From the NCBI GenBank assembly GCA_029573235.1, contig JAKQGX010000035.1, positions 9,367 to 73,366 of the forward strand: DNA of 64,000 nt, written 5' to 3'. Positions within the stretch are counted from its first letter, which is position 1. Every line of letters begins with the position of its first letter. Below are positions 8,911-17,323 of the stretch, one piece after another. The DNA is from Bacteroidota bacterium. Its GTDB lineage: Bacteria > Bacteroidota > Bacteroidia > Chitinophagales > Chitinophagaceae. Under the pieces are notes generated by a model. It made no database searches. It was not told the origin of the DNA and worked only from the letters and a program-made list of their open reading frames with translations. Position numbers and translations under genes: made by a program.

Positions 8911-9705
8911 TTAGTGATTGAAGTTATACTCAGTGGTGTTGACACGATAGTTTGCCGCTGTATTGATATCCATTACTTCGATGGTGGAAGTAAGTTCGTT
9001 CCCTTCATAGAATCTTCCTTCCATCATCATTCCGGCATAATTTCTACCGCCGTAATATGCCCATAACGGATGTCGGGCATCCATTTTCTGTCCGTTGAAA
9101 GCTATTTTTGTGGTCACCCATACCTCTGAGCGTGTATTGTGTTTCGCATCGTAGCAAACATATTCGGTGCAGTTGTACCCACGAATGTTTTTTGTCTTAC
9201 CCGTTGCTTTACAGTCTGTATTTCCTTTGGATTGCTTTCCGGATTTCAGTTCTTCATTTCTACGGTCTATTGACTCCTGGCTCCTAAAAGTGTTTAAGTT
9301 CATTGCCATACCGGTTTTATCTTTTTCATTCAGCATTATCATCGCATTCTTTACATAGTCATAGATGATAAACTGTTCATCCGATTTTTTCTTTTTTTCA
9401 TCTATAGATTTAAAAGCGACAATATTTCCCGGTGCATTAAAATAGTACTGCAAGTCAGACTCACTTTTCGCCTTACCATTTTTATATTCGGTCATGTGCA
9501 TTTTTACATAAGTCGGAAAAGTGTAACTTTTTTCAATATCCACGTTTAGTAAGTGGTCGTTTATCCAGGCATTTCCTTTTTTCTCTCCATCTTCACCGTA
9601 TTTTTTTTCATAGTTCTTTTTAATGGCACGTTCTACATAACCCCGTTGCGCCATCACACTAGAGGCTCCCATAAATAGGCATCCGATTAATAATAATTGT
9701 TTCAT
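8911..9705 (-). CDS. Secreted hypothetical protein (DUF4412-like)
   Basis: 264 aa. Signal peptide ending VMAQ. Lys-rich. The GYNCTEYVCYD...VWVTTKI pattern is reminiscent of DUF4412. No functional inference. Confidence 0.4.
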   Translation of the reverse strand: MKQLLLIGCLFMGASSVMAQRGYVERAIKKNYEKKYGEDGEKKGNAWINDHLLNVDIEKSYTFPTYVKMHMTEYKNGKAKSESDLQYYFNAPGNIVAFKSIDEKKKKSDEQFIIYDYVKNAMIMLNEKDKTGMAMNLNTFRSQESIDRRNEELKSGKQSKGNTDCKATGKTKNIRGYNCTEYVCYDAKHNTRSEVWVTTKIAFNGQKMDARHPLWAYYGGRNYAGMMMEGRFYEGNELTSTIEVMDINTAANYRVNTTEYNFNH

Positions 9706-10002
9706 AACGATGTGTATTTTTTTTGCTTTCTTATTAATAGTAAGTTCGGTCTTGAAGTAGTTATCTGTTTTTAGAAAATGTCTTTGGGAATACTACTTTA
9801 AGCGGGTTATTTTTTTCAGATATAAAGATAATTAAAAAGGAGTAGTCTATTATTCAAATTGATTTTGAAAAATTGAATTATGACGGTTTTGATAAACTAA
9901 TAATGCAAGGTCACTAATGTAATAAAGCGTTTCAATTGTATTCGTGTCGTATTTTAACGAATGCATTGATCGGAATACCGTAATTTGGAAACAGAATTCG
10001 CT

Positions 10003-11394
10003 ATGTCATTCAAGCAATTTTTCAAAAAAGCCCGATACTACAGTCAATATTTTCCGTTTACGTTGCATACCGTATTATACGGCGTAGCAGTCTTCGCGGT
10101 GTATCGCTTGGTAGTGTATAAGGTACCCGCGAATACAGATGAATTATTGCCTTCCGGATTCCCTTTGATAGTATTGATGGCTAAAATGGCATTGCTATTT
10201 TTTTTGTTAATAGTGTTGCTTTCTTTGATGAGCACATTGGCATGTTGGTTGTATTTTTTATGGCTACGTAAAAAGAATGGCACGCAATTATCTCTTCGGT
10301 TTGATACAGAAACAGCAACAGGCAAGCAGCCCATTCTATTCTTGAATGCACAATTGGAAGGTGTTTTTCGTCCCATATTAGGCTTTGTAAAAGGCAAGTT
10401 GTTTTATGACGATTGGGAAACGACGGGTATGTTTAGCATGATGTCCGGAAAGCGAAAAGAACATAGCTTTTGGCGTGCTGCGATTACCGGAAAATCGGCG
10501 ATGCAACTTTCTGACATTAAAGCTTACGAACTCAAAGCCGGCTTTATTTATTTTCAAGATATGTTGCACCTGCTGTCGTTATCGGTAGCACAGCCCATAC
10601 GAGGTCAATTCTTTCAGCCACCAGTAGCTAATCCATTTGAAGAAGCAGATATACGTCCCAAACATACCGAACAGACAGATGTACGCATAGAGCAGATGCG
10701 GCGAGTAGAAGGAGATTATCTTAACTACAAAGACTTTGAATCGGGCGATGATGTACGCCGTATTGTTTGGAAGGTATATGCTAAAAACCGCGATTGGGTA
10801 GTTCGCATTCCGGAAAAATTTGAGCCCTATGCCTCACATGTGTATCTCTATGCCAGCTTTCATGTGGCAGATAAAACAGCTTGGTGGGAGCATAATTTTT
10901 TTAAAGAAATGCTCAACTATTATAAGAATAAAGTGTGGACGGTATATGAAACCCTTTCAAAGAAAGAATGGGAACTGCGATATATCCCCGACCAAATGAT
11001 TACTATCTCGGAATCGTTGACTGCATCAGAGCATACGGCACGATTAATAAGCCATAGCAACTGGCAAACGACCACTCCATTAATCCCCTATTTCAGCCCC
11101 CAAAAAGGGGCGATTCTTTGTGTTTCTTCCTTTACAGACCCCCGTGCATTGCAAGAAATTTTAGAACGATGCGATGCCTCTACCGTTGTGTATTGGGTCA
11201 AATGTTCGAATGTTTTTCAACAGTATGCAGCATGGAATATTTTTAAACGAATCCTATTTTTACCACCGGACAATCGTTTGAATAAGGTACGCACTACTTG
11301 GCTTTTTTCTCCCTTCCGATGGGTGGTTCAAAAAAGAGAAAGGGCAGTAGCGGATATCATCAAAAAATCGTCGGTTACGGTGCAGGTGCTGTAG
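10003..11394 (+). CDS. Membrane-anchored DUF58-like protein
   Basis: N-terminal TM helices, then DYLNYKDFESGDDVRRIVWKVYAKNRDWVVRIPE, which matches the DUF58 core motif (Y-x-x-GD-x-x-R-x-I-x-WK). Start set at the first ATG (10003). The ORF track starts at an upstream TTG (9985). Confidence 0.6.
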   Translation: MSFKQFFKKARYYSQYFPFTLHTVLYGVAVFAVYRLVVYKVPANTDELLPSGFPLIVLMAKMALLFFLLIVLLSLMSTLACWLYFLWLRKKNGTQLSLRFDTETATGKQPILFLNAQLEGVFRPILGFVKGKLFYDDWETTGMFSMMSGKRKEHSFWRAAITGKSAMQLSDIKAYELKAGFIYFQDMLHLLSLSVAQPIRGQFFQPPVANPFEEADIRPKHTEQTDVRIEQMRRVEGDYLNYKDFESGDDVRRIVWKVYAKNRDWVVRIPEKFEPYASHVYLYASFHVADKTAWWEHNFFKEMLNYYKNKVWTVYETLSKKEWELRYIPDQMITISESLTASEHTARLISHSNWQTTTPLIPYFSPQKGAILCVSSFTDPRALQEILERCDASTVVYWVKCSNVFQQYAAWNIFKRILFLPPDNRLNKVRTTWLFSPFRWVVQKRERAVADIIKKSSVTVQVL

Positions 11395-11496
11395 CTCACA
11401 TTGCAAAAATGTATTGATTACTTATCCCTCTATCCATTCATAATTTATGGGTATATCATTGATAGAAATGATGCACTGCTGAACCATTTTTACCCG

Positions 11497-11504
11497 TACC
11501 TTTG
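11497..11504 (+). promoter_or_regulatory. Candidate -7 box TACCTTTG for ccmE-ccmF
   Basis: Exact TAnnTTTG match 27 nt upstream of the ccmE ATG. Confidence 0.45.
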
Positions 11505-11530
11505 CGCATTGTAAAACAGATACAAGGGTT

Positions 11531-11923
11531 ATGAAAAAATCGCACATCGTATTGTTGATACTCATTGCTGCTGCGCTCTGCGTGATTGTAAGCATGTTTG
11601 GTGACTTTAGTACGTACGAAACCTTTCAGTCTGCATCGGCACAGCCCGGCAAACAATACCATATTATTGGGTATTTAGAGAAAGATAAAGAAATGCATTA
11701 CGACCCGGTGAAAGACCCTAACCATTTCAGCTTTTATGTAAAAGACAAAAAAGGGAATGTAAATCAAGTAGTATTCAGCGGGGCCAAGCCTATCGATATT
11801 GAAAAGTCAGAGCAAATTGTAATGTCCGGCTATATGGAAGGCAACACATTTCGCTGTAATAAAATTCAAATGAAATGTCCTTCTAAATACCAAAAAGATC
11901 AGGTGGCAGTAGGCAAGGGATAA
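11531..11923 (+). CDS. ccmE: Cytochrome c maturation heme chaperone CcmE, CxxxY variant
   Basis: 130 aa. N-terminal TM anchor, OB-fold-like body, and C-terminal KCPSKY at the position of the usual HxxxY heme-binding motif. Followed directly by ccmF. Confidence 0.75.
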   Translation: MKKSHIVLLILIAAALCVIVSMFGDFSTYETFQSASAQPGKQYHIIGYLEKDKEMHYDPVKDPNHFSFYVKDKKGNVNQVVFSGAKPIDIEKSEQIVMSGYMEGNTFRCNKIQMKCPSKYQKDQVAVGKG

Positions 11924-12099
11924 GTGTAGTGTATTAGAATTTTTTCTAGTTGACAACTTCTTTTACCGACACTTTCATGCACTCATTTTTGTTTTTTGAA
12001 GAATATTAGGGGCAAATTGAATCACGTCTTATTATAAAACACATAAAAATATTATTTCCATTGGATGCGTATTGTCCGATAGAATACTAACCGAATACG

Positions 12100-14574
12100 A
12101 TGAACGAAATACAATACATAGGTGAGCAATTGAGACCCGGTCAACTGGGTCATTTTTTTGTTATCTTTTCATTTGTGATGGCGCTCTTTAGTGCCTTTAG
12201 CTATTTCTTCGCTACGCGTGACGAGCAGCATAACAGCAATAGTAGTCGTGTGTGGATGCTCATAGGTAGGAACACCTTTATTCTTCACGCTGTTTCGGTT
12301 TTGTCTATTTTCATAGCATTATACTACATCATTTCCCATCACTTATTTGAATACAATTATGCATGGGCGCACTCGTCGCGTAGCTTGCCGATGAAGTATT
12401 TGTTATCCTGTTTTTGGGAAGGACAAGAAGGCAGTTTTTTGTTATGGTCTTTCTGGCACGCGGTGTTGGGCATCATTGTGATGTTTACCAGCAAGCAATT
12501 AGAAAGTCGCACGATGACGATAATTGCCATCATACAAGTAGCACTTGCCAGCATGGTATTAGGCTTCTACTTGACACCCGATATAAAAATTGGAAGCACT
12601 CCATTCATGTTGCTCCGCGACAAAATGGTGGATGCTCCCGTCTTTGCACAAGCCAATTACTTAGCTTTGATAAAAGATGGCAACGGGCTCAACCCCTTAT
12701 TACAAAACTATTGGATGACCATCCACCCACCGGTCTTGTTTTTAGGCTTTGCACTTACTTTAATTCCTTTTGCGTTTACCATAGCCGCACTTTGGAAAAA
12801 TGATTACCAAACATGGATAAAGCCAACGCGCATTTGGTCTTCAGTAGCGGGTGGTGTATTGGGGCTTGGTATTATGTTGGGCGGTGCTTGGGCTTATGAA
12901 TCGTTAACCTTCGGTGGTTATTGGGCTTGGGATCCGGTAGAGAATGCATCTCTGGTGCCTTGGCTTACATTGGTCGCCGGATTGCACACACTTATTGTGT
13001 TTAAAGCCACCCAACGTTCGTTGCCCATTACACTTATTTTCTTCATCCTCACATATACGCTCATTTGGTACTCTACCTTCCTCACCCGTACCGGTGTGTT
13101 GGGCGATACCTCTGTTCATGCATTTACAGGTGAAGGCAATTCCCTTTATTGGCATCTCTTGGTTGTGATTGGTTTTATATTAATAGTAAGCACAACATTG
13201 CTCATCAAACGATGGAAAACGTTGCCCCGCATTGCTACAGAAGAAGCCACCGCATCTCGTGAGTTTTGGATGTTCATAGGTTCCTTTGTATTACTATTAT
13301 CGGCGTTGCAAATTTCTATCAGTACGTCAATTCCGGTTTGGTCGCCGTTGGCAAAATGGATTACAGGAAAAGATATTGCACCACCTTCTGATCCGGTGAG
13401 CCATTACAACAGCATTCAAATATGGGTGGCTATCATTATTGCATTATTATCTACCGCTGCGTTGTATCTTAAGTTCAAAAAAACAGATGTAAAATCTTTT
13501 TGGAAAAAGACTGCCCTGCTTGCTGCTGTTGCTATTGTAGTAACCATATTCATAGCCGTAGCTCAAAAAATTACCGGCATACAATATATCCTACTTTTAT
13601 TGGCTTCTGTATACGCGGTGCTGGCCAATAGTTACTATGCATTGGCGATGCAAAAGAAGTTGAAAAAAATGGGTCCCGCCATCTCGCATCTAGGCTTTGC
13701 TTTATTGCTATTAGGCATATTAATTTCATCCTATAACAAAGAAGTGATATCGCTGAACACATTAGGAGTGACGATGGATTTCGGCAAAAAGACACAACAA
13801 GAAAACATTAAAGAAAGCCGAGAAAACAGTATCCTTTTCTTAAATACTCCGGTGGCTATGAGTGAGTATATGGTTACGTATAAAGGCGATTCTGTATCCG
13901 ATGCAGATCCACGCACGTTTTACAAAGTCCTCTTTGACCGTTACGATACATCGTCAAAAAAATTAGTAGAGTCATTTATGCTTTATCCGGATGCCTTTAT
14001 CAACCCCAAAGGACAAGAGGGTCTGATGGCCAATCCTTCCTCCAAACATTACCTCAACAGAGATGTGTTTACTTACATTACTTCTGCAGTAGATCCGAGC
14101 AAGGTAGAAGACACGGCTTCTTATGTAAAGCATACGGTTAAAAAAGGAGATACCATCTTTTTGGTAAATGGTTATTTGGTGTTCCAAGATTTTGAAGATG
14201 CTAACTATTCTGATAATACCGGTGCCTTGTCCGTTAAAGCAAGATTGAAAGCATACGATTTAAAAGGAGAAGCCGGTGAACTGAAACCGGTGTATAGTAT
14301 TACAGAAGACGCGTTTCAAAACTCTAAAGAAGATACACTGCGCAGCTTTAATGTCTATGCCAAATTTGTAAAAGTGAACCCTACAGATGGCTCTATCGAT
14401 TTATTGATAAAACAACGTGACCCTAAAGACGATTATATCGTTTTGAAGGCGTTCATCTTCCCCTATATCAATGTCGTTTGGCTGGGCATCATCGTTATGT
14501 TCGTAGGCTTTATCCTCACGGCCATAAATAAAATTCTCAAGAAGGAAACCGTCAAACCCACATCCAAGGCTTAG
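12100..14574 (+). CDS. ccmF: Cytochrome c-type biogenesis heme lyase CcmF (long form)
   Basis: 824 aa, polytopic. WWD motif GGAWAYESLTFGGYWAWDPVENASLVPWL closely matches the CcmF signature. Confidence 0.9.
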   Translation: MNEIQYIGEQLRPGQLGHFFVIFSFVMALFSAFSYFFATRDEQHNSNSSRVWMLIGRNTFILHAVSVLSIFIALYYIISHHLFEYNYAWAHSSRSLPMKYLLSCFWEGQEGSFLLWSFWHAVLGIIVMFTSKQLESRTMTIIAIIQVALASMVLGFYLTPDIKIGSTPFMLLRDKMVDAPVFAQANYLALIKDGNGLNPLLQNYWMTIHPPVLFLGFALTLIPFAFTIAALWKNDYQTWIKPTRIWSSVAGGVLGLGIMLGGAWAYESLTFGGYWAWDPVENASLVPWLTLVAGLHTLIVFKATQRSLPITLIFFILTYTLIWYSTFLTRTGVLGDTSVHAFTGEGNSLYWHLLVVIGFILIVSTTLLIKRWKTLPRIATEEATASREFWMFIGSFVLLLSALQISISTSIPVWSPLAKWITGKDIAPPSDPVSHYNSIQIWVAIIIALLSTAALYLKFKKTDVKSFWKKTALLAAVAIVVTIFIAVAQKITGIQYILLLLASVYAVLANSYYALAMQKKLKKMGPAISHLGFALLLLGILISSYNKEVISLNTLGVTMDFGKKTQQENIKESRENSILFLNTPVAMSEYMVTYKGDSVSDADPRTFYKVLFDRYDTSSKKLVESFMLYPDAFINPKGQEGLMANPSSKHYLNRDVFTYITSAVDPSKVEDTASYVKHTVKKGDTIFLVNGYLVFQDFEDANYSDNTGALSVKARLKAYDLKGEAGELKPVYSITEDAFQNSKEDTLRSFNVYAKFVKVNPTDGSIDLLIKQRDPKDDYIVLKAFIFPYINVVWLGIIVMFVGFILTAINKILKKETVKPTSKA

Positions 14575-14612
14575 TCTAAAAGATTAGTGCTATCCTTTCA
14601 TTTATTTTTTCG

Positions 14613-14644
14613 TACAGATATTAAATGCTATCTGTATCTTTTTT
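14613..14644 (+). terminator. Rho-independent terminator after ccmF
   Basis: Stem TACAGATA/TATCTGTA, 8-nt loop, followed by TCTTTTTT. Confidence 0.75.
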
Positions 14645-14738
14645 AGTCTATTGAAAAACAGCAATAGTTTACTATGTTATGCCTCGATCTAATCTATAAG
14701 CCCTATACTTTACTATTATTGAAAGAATAAATAGTAGT

Positions 14739-14762
14739 ATAAAAGTACTTTAATACTTTTAT
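14739..14762. promoter_or_regulatory. Perfect 9-6-9 inverted repeat, candidate Rrf2/NsrR-type operator
   Basis: ATAAAAGTA-ctttaa-TACTTTTAT. It ends 15 nt upstream of the -7 box of the operon whose last gene encodes an Rrf2 regulator. Confidence 0.45.
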
Positions 14763-14777
14763 TTGAAAATATTCCCT

Positions 14778-14785
14778 TAGCTTTG
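14778..14785 (+). promoter_or_regulatory. Candidate -7 box TAGCTTTG for the RIC/Rrf2 operon
   Basis: TAnnTTTG match 35 nt upstream of ATG 14821. Confidence 0.45.
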
Positions 14786-14820
14786 CTGTGAAAATTTGAT
14801 TCATTCTAAAATAAACTAAC

Positions 14821-16029
14821 ATGCAAACAGCTCAGGAAACCATCATCAATGTTCCCGAAATCGAACCAAGACTAAAGCATCTCACCATCTTTCAAACTTT
14901 TGACAGCCTGCAACCCGGAGAGAGCATGGTGATACATAACGACCATGACCCAAAGCCCGTGTATTTTCAGCTACAAAGCTTACGTGGTGATACCTTTACT
15001 TGGGATTATTTGCAAGCAGGTCCGCAATGGTGGGATATTCGTGTGACCAAAAAATCATTGGACCACGCCTTGAGCAGATCGGAAGAAAATGATATCGTCA
15101 TCAATATTCCGGTTATAGAACCTCGCTACAAACACGCTACTATATTTAAAGTATTTGATGGATTGAAAGCCGGTGAAAGCCTTGTGATACACAACGATCA
15201 CGACCCGAAGCCGGTGTATTATCAATTGCTCAACGAACGCGGCGATATCTTCACTTGGCAATACTTAGAACAAGGTCCGCAGTGGTGGGATATACGCGTT
15301 ACAAAGAAAGGAGCAGAAAGTACCGAAACCATTGGACAGATTGCTGCTAATGACTTTCGCAAGGCAACTGTGTTTAAAAAATATGGAATCGATTTTTGCT
15401 GTGGAGGTAAAAAAACAATTCGTGAAGCATGTGCTGAGAAAGGCATAGACCCTACGATGGTAGAAAATGATTTAAAACAAACTTCACAAAGTGTAACCTT
15501 TGGCAACAACAACTTTAACGAATGGAACCTGGATTTCTTGGCAGATTATATCGTAAACACACACCATCAATATGTACGTAAATACATGCCGGAACTGAGA
15601 GGTTATGCCCTTAAAGTTGCGAAAGTACATGGAGGACATCATCCGGAGCTCATCCCAATACAAACCTTGGTAGAAGAAATAAATGAAGAATTAACGGAGC
15701 ATATGGCAAATGAAGAAAATATTCTTTTCCCTCAAGTGAAAAAAATCGTTCAGGCAAAAAACAATGCAACTGCTTACACGCAGCCGGAAGGGACCCGCTT
15801 TGAAGCCTTGGTAGCCACCACAGAAAAAGAACACGATAGCGTTGGCAGAGCCTTTGATGAAATACGGCGCTTGAGTCAAAATTTTGCTATTCCCGAAGAT
15901 GCTTGTACTAGTTACAAACTATTGTATAAAATGATTGATGAATTCGAAAGCGATTTACACACCCATATCCATTTAGAAAATAATATTCTTTTCCCTAAAG
16001 CAATGGATATGGAAAAAACACTTTCATAA
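14821..16029 (+). CDS. Di-iron Fe-S cluster repair protein (RIC/YtfE/ScdA type) with two N-terminal DUF2249-like modules
   Basis: 402 aa. Residues about 8-78 and 93-163 are tandem copies (..HNDHDPKPVY..GPQWWDIRVTKK). Next comes the ScdA_N-like FKKYGIDFCCGGKKTIREAC. The C-terminal half is hemerythrin-like with H-x-x-x-E and HIHLENNILFP motifs. Confidence 0.8.
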   Translation: MQTAQETIINVPEIEPRLKHLTIFQTFDSLQPGESMVIHNDHDPKPVYFQLQSLRGDTFTWDYLQAGPQWWDIRVTKKSLDHALSRSEENDIVINIPVIEPRYKHATIFKVFDGLKAGESLVIHNDHDPKPVYYQLLNERGDIFTWQYLEQGPQWWDIRVTKKGAESTETIGQIAANDFRKATVFKKYGIDFCCGGKKTIREACAEKGIDPTMVENDLKQTSQSVTFGNNNFNEWNLDFLADYIVNTHHQYVRKYMPELRGYALKVAKVHGGHHPELIPIQTLVEEINEELTEHMANEENILFPQVKKIVQAKNNATAYTQPEGTRFEALVATTEKEHDSVGRAFDEIRRLSQNFAIPEDACTSYKLLYKMIDEFESDLHTHIHLENNILFPKAMDMEKTLS

Positions 16030-16132
16030 GGGGAGCCCTCTTTCCGTCCTGCTGCTAATTGGGGCAGTAGGATGGGGGAGTGGCAATACCTAAATCCTTA
16101 TCCATATTATTCATGTTCAAAAATTGATTATC

Positions 16133-16408
16133 ATGGAAATGAAAGAAGCCTTTCGCAACGACCATTACAAGGTACTGCAAGTATCGTTGAAATACGGAGA
16201 GTCTATGCCACTGCACCAAGCTACATCCGATGCCTTTGTTATCAACAGAAAAGGGAAAGGAAAAATAAGCTTTATGGATCGTGAAGTACTATTATCGCAA
16301 GGCGAAACACTATTGATAAAGGCTAACGAACCACATCATATGGAAATTATAGAAGACTTTTCGGCTACTATTATTTTAGAACCGGAAGCACAGATTAATT
16401 TTGTTTAA
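16133..16408 (+). CDS. Small cupin-like protein
   Basis: About 91 aa from ATG 16133. The GESMPLHQA...GETLLIKANEPHHME pattern resembles a single cupin barrel. Inside the operon. Confidence 0.5.
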   Translation: MEMKEAFRNDHYKVLQVSLKYGESMPLHQATSDAFVINRKGKGKISFMDREVLLSQGETLLIKANEPHHMEIIEDFSATIILEPEAQINFV

Positions 16409-16492
16409 TCGCTCATGAAAAATGTTTAGCATTATGCCTGACGTACATTTTATTCAAAAATAGAAATCAGGAAATACGAACACCCACTTATT

Positions 16493-17317
16493 ATGCTCAT
16501 AAACGAACAAACAAAAATTGCCGCCTTATTGAAGCAACATCCCGATGCGTTGGAAACGATTATTTCTCTGAGTCCTGACTTTAAGAAACTTCGTAACCCC
16601 ATCTTGCGAGCACTGATGGCGGGAAGAACGAGTATTGCAATGGCAGCCAAAATAGGCGGTTGTACACCACAGAATTTTTTCGATGCGTTGAAGCCTTTGG
16701 GATTTGAAGTAAGACCTCAAACAACAGACTACGCTACCGATGAAGCACCCATTAAAAAACCATTTCCGAAATATTTACGGTCTTTAAAACCGGAGCAAAT
16801 CATAGCCTTTGATGTACGCACTATATTAGCTGAAGGCAACGATCCTTTACGACAAATTCAACAAAAAGTAACTTCCCTTAACACCGGTGAAGCACTCAAA
16901 ATAATAAACAGTTTTGAACCGGTACCTTTAATCAAACTATTGGAGCGGCAAGGCTTTCAGACTTTTGTCGAAGAAGTGGATACAGATGTTGTCGAAACCT
17001 ATTTTTACAAAACGAACGACAGCGATAATGCTGCTATAGATGCTGGTGCGCCCACAGCCACGGGTGATTGGGAACAAGTGCTCCAGCGTTTTCATAATAA
17101 CACAATAGCGATAGATGTTCGTCATTTAGAAATGCCTCAACCCATGATGACCATCTTGGAATCATTAGAAAATATGTCTTCAGAGAAAGCCTTGTATGTG
17201 CATCACAAACGCATTCCGGTATTTTTATTGACAGAGTTGAAAGAACGTAATTTTGATTACCGCATCAAAGAAGTGAAGGATGGAGAAGTGTATTTGCTGA
17301 TTTATAAAAACAACTAA
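16493..17317 (+). CDS. DUF1858 domain protein with two DUF2249/TusA-like modules
   Basis: 274 aa. The N-terminus IAALLKQHPDALETIISLSPDFKKLRNPILRALMAGRTSIAMAAKIGG is DUF1858-like. Two about 70-aa modules follow (IAFDVR..., IAIDVRHLEMPQPMMTILE...). Confidence 0.6.
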   Translation: MLINEQTKIAALLKQHPDALETIISLSPDFKKLRNPILRALMAGRTSIAMAAKIGGCTPQNFFDALKPLGFEVRPQTTDYATDEAPIKKPFPKYLRSLKPEQIIAFDVRTILAEGNDPLRQIQQKVTSLNTGEALKIINSFEPVPLIKLLERQGFQTFVEEVDTDVVETYFYKTNDSDNAAIDAGAPTATGDWEQVLQRFHNNTIAIDVRHLEMPQPMMTILESLENMSSEKALYVHHKRIPVFLLTELKERNFDYRIKEVKDGEVYLLIYKNN

Positions 17318-17323
17318 GATCAA

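Noticed and set aside
12357-14187. Alternative-frame and antisense ORFs within ccmF (for example 12414-12803 and 12904-13155).
   Set aside because: They are embedded in a gene with an unambiguous CcmF signature, so they are shadow ORFs.
16072-16284. A 70-aa ORF overlapping the start of the cupin gene in another frame.
   Set aside because: It starts inside the intercistronic hairpin and has no family resemblance. The cupin frame gives a coherent beta-barrel-like sequence.
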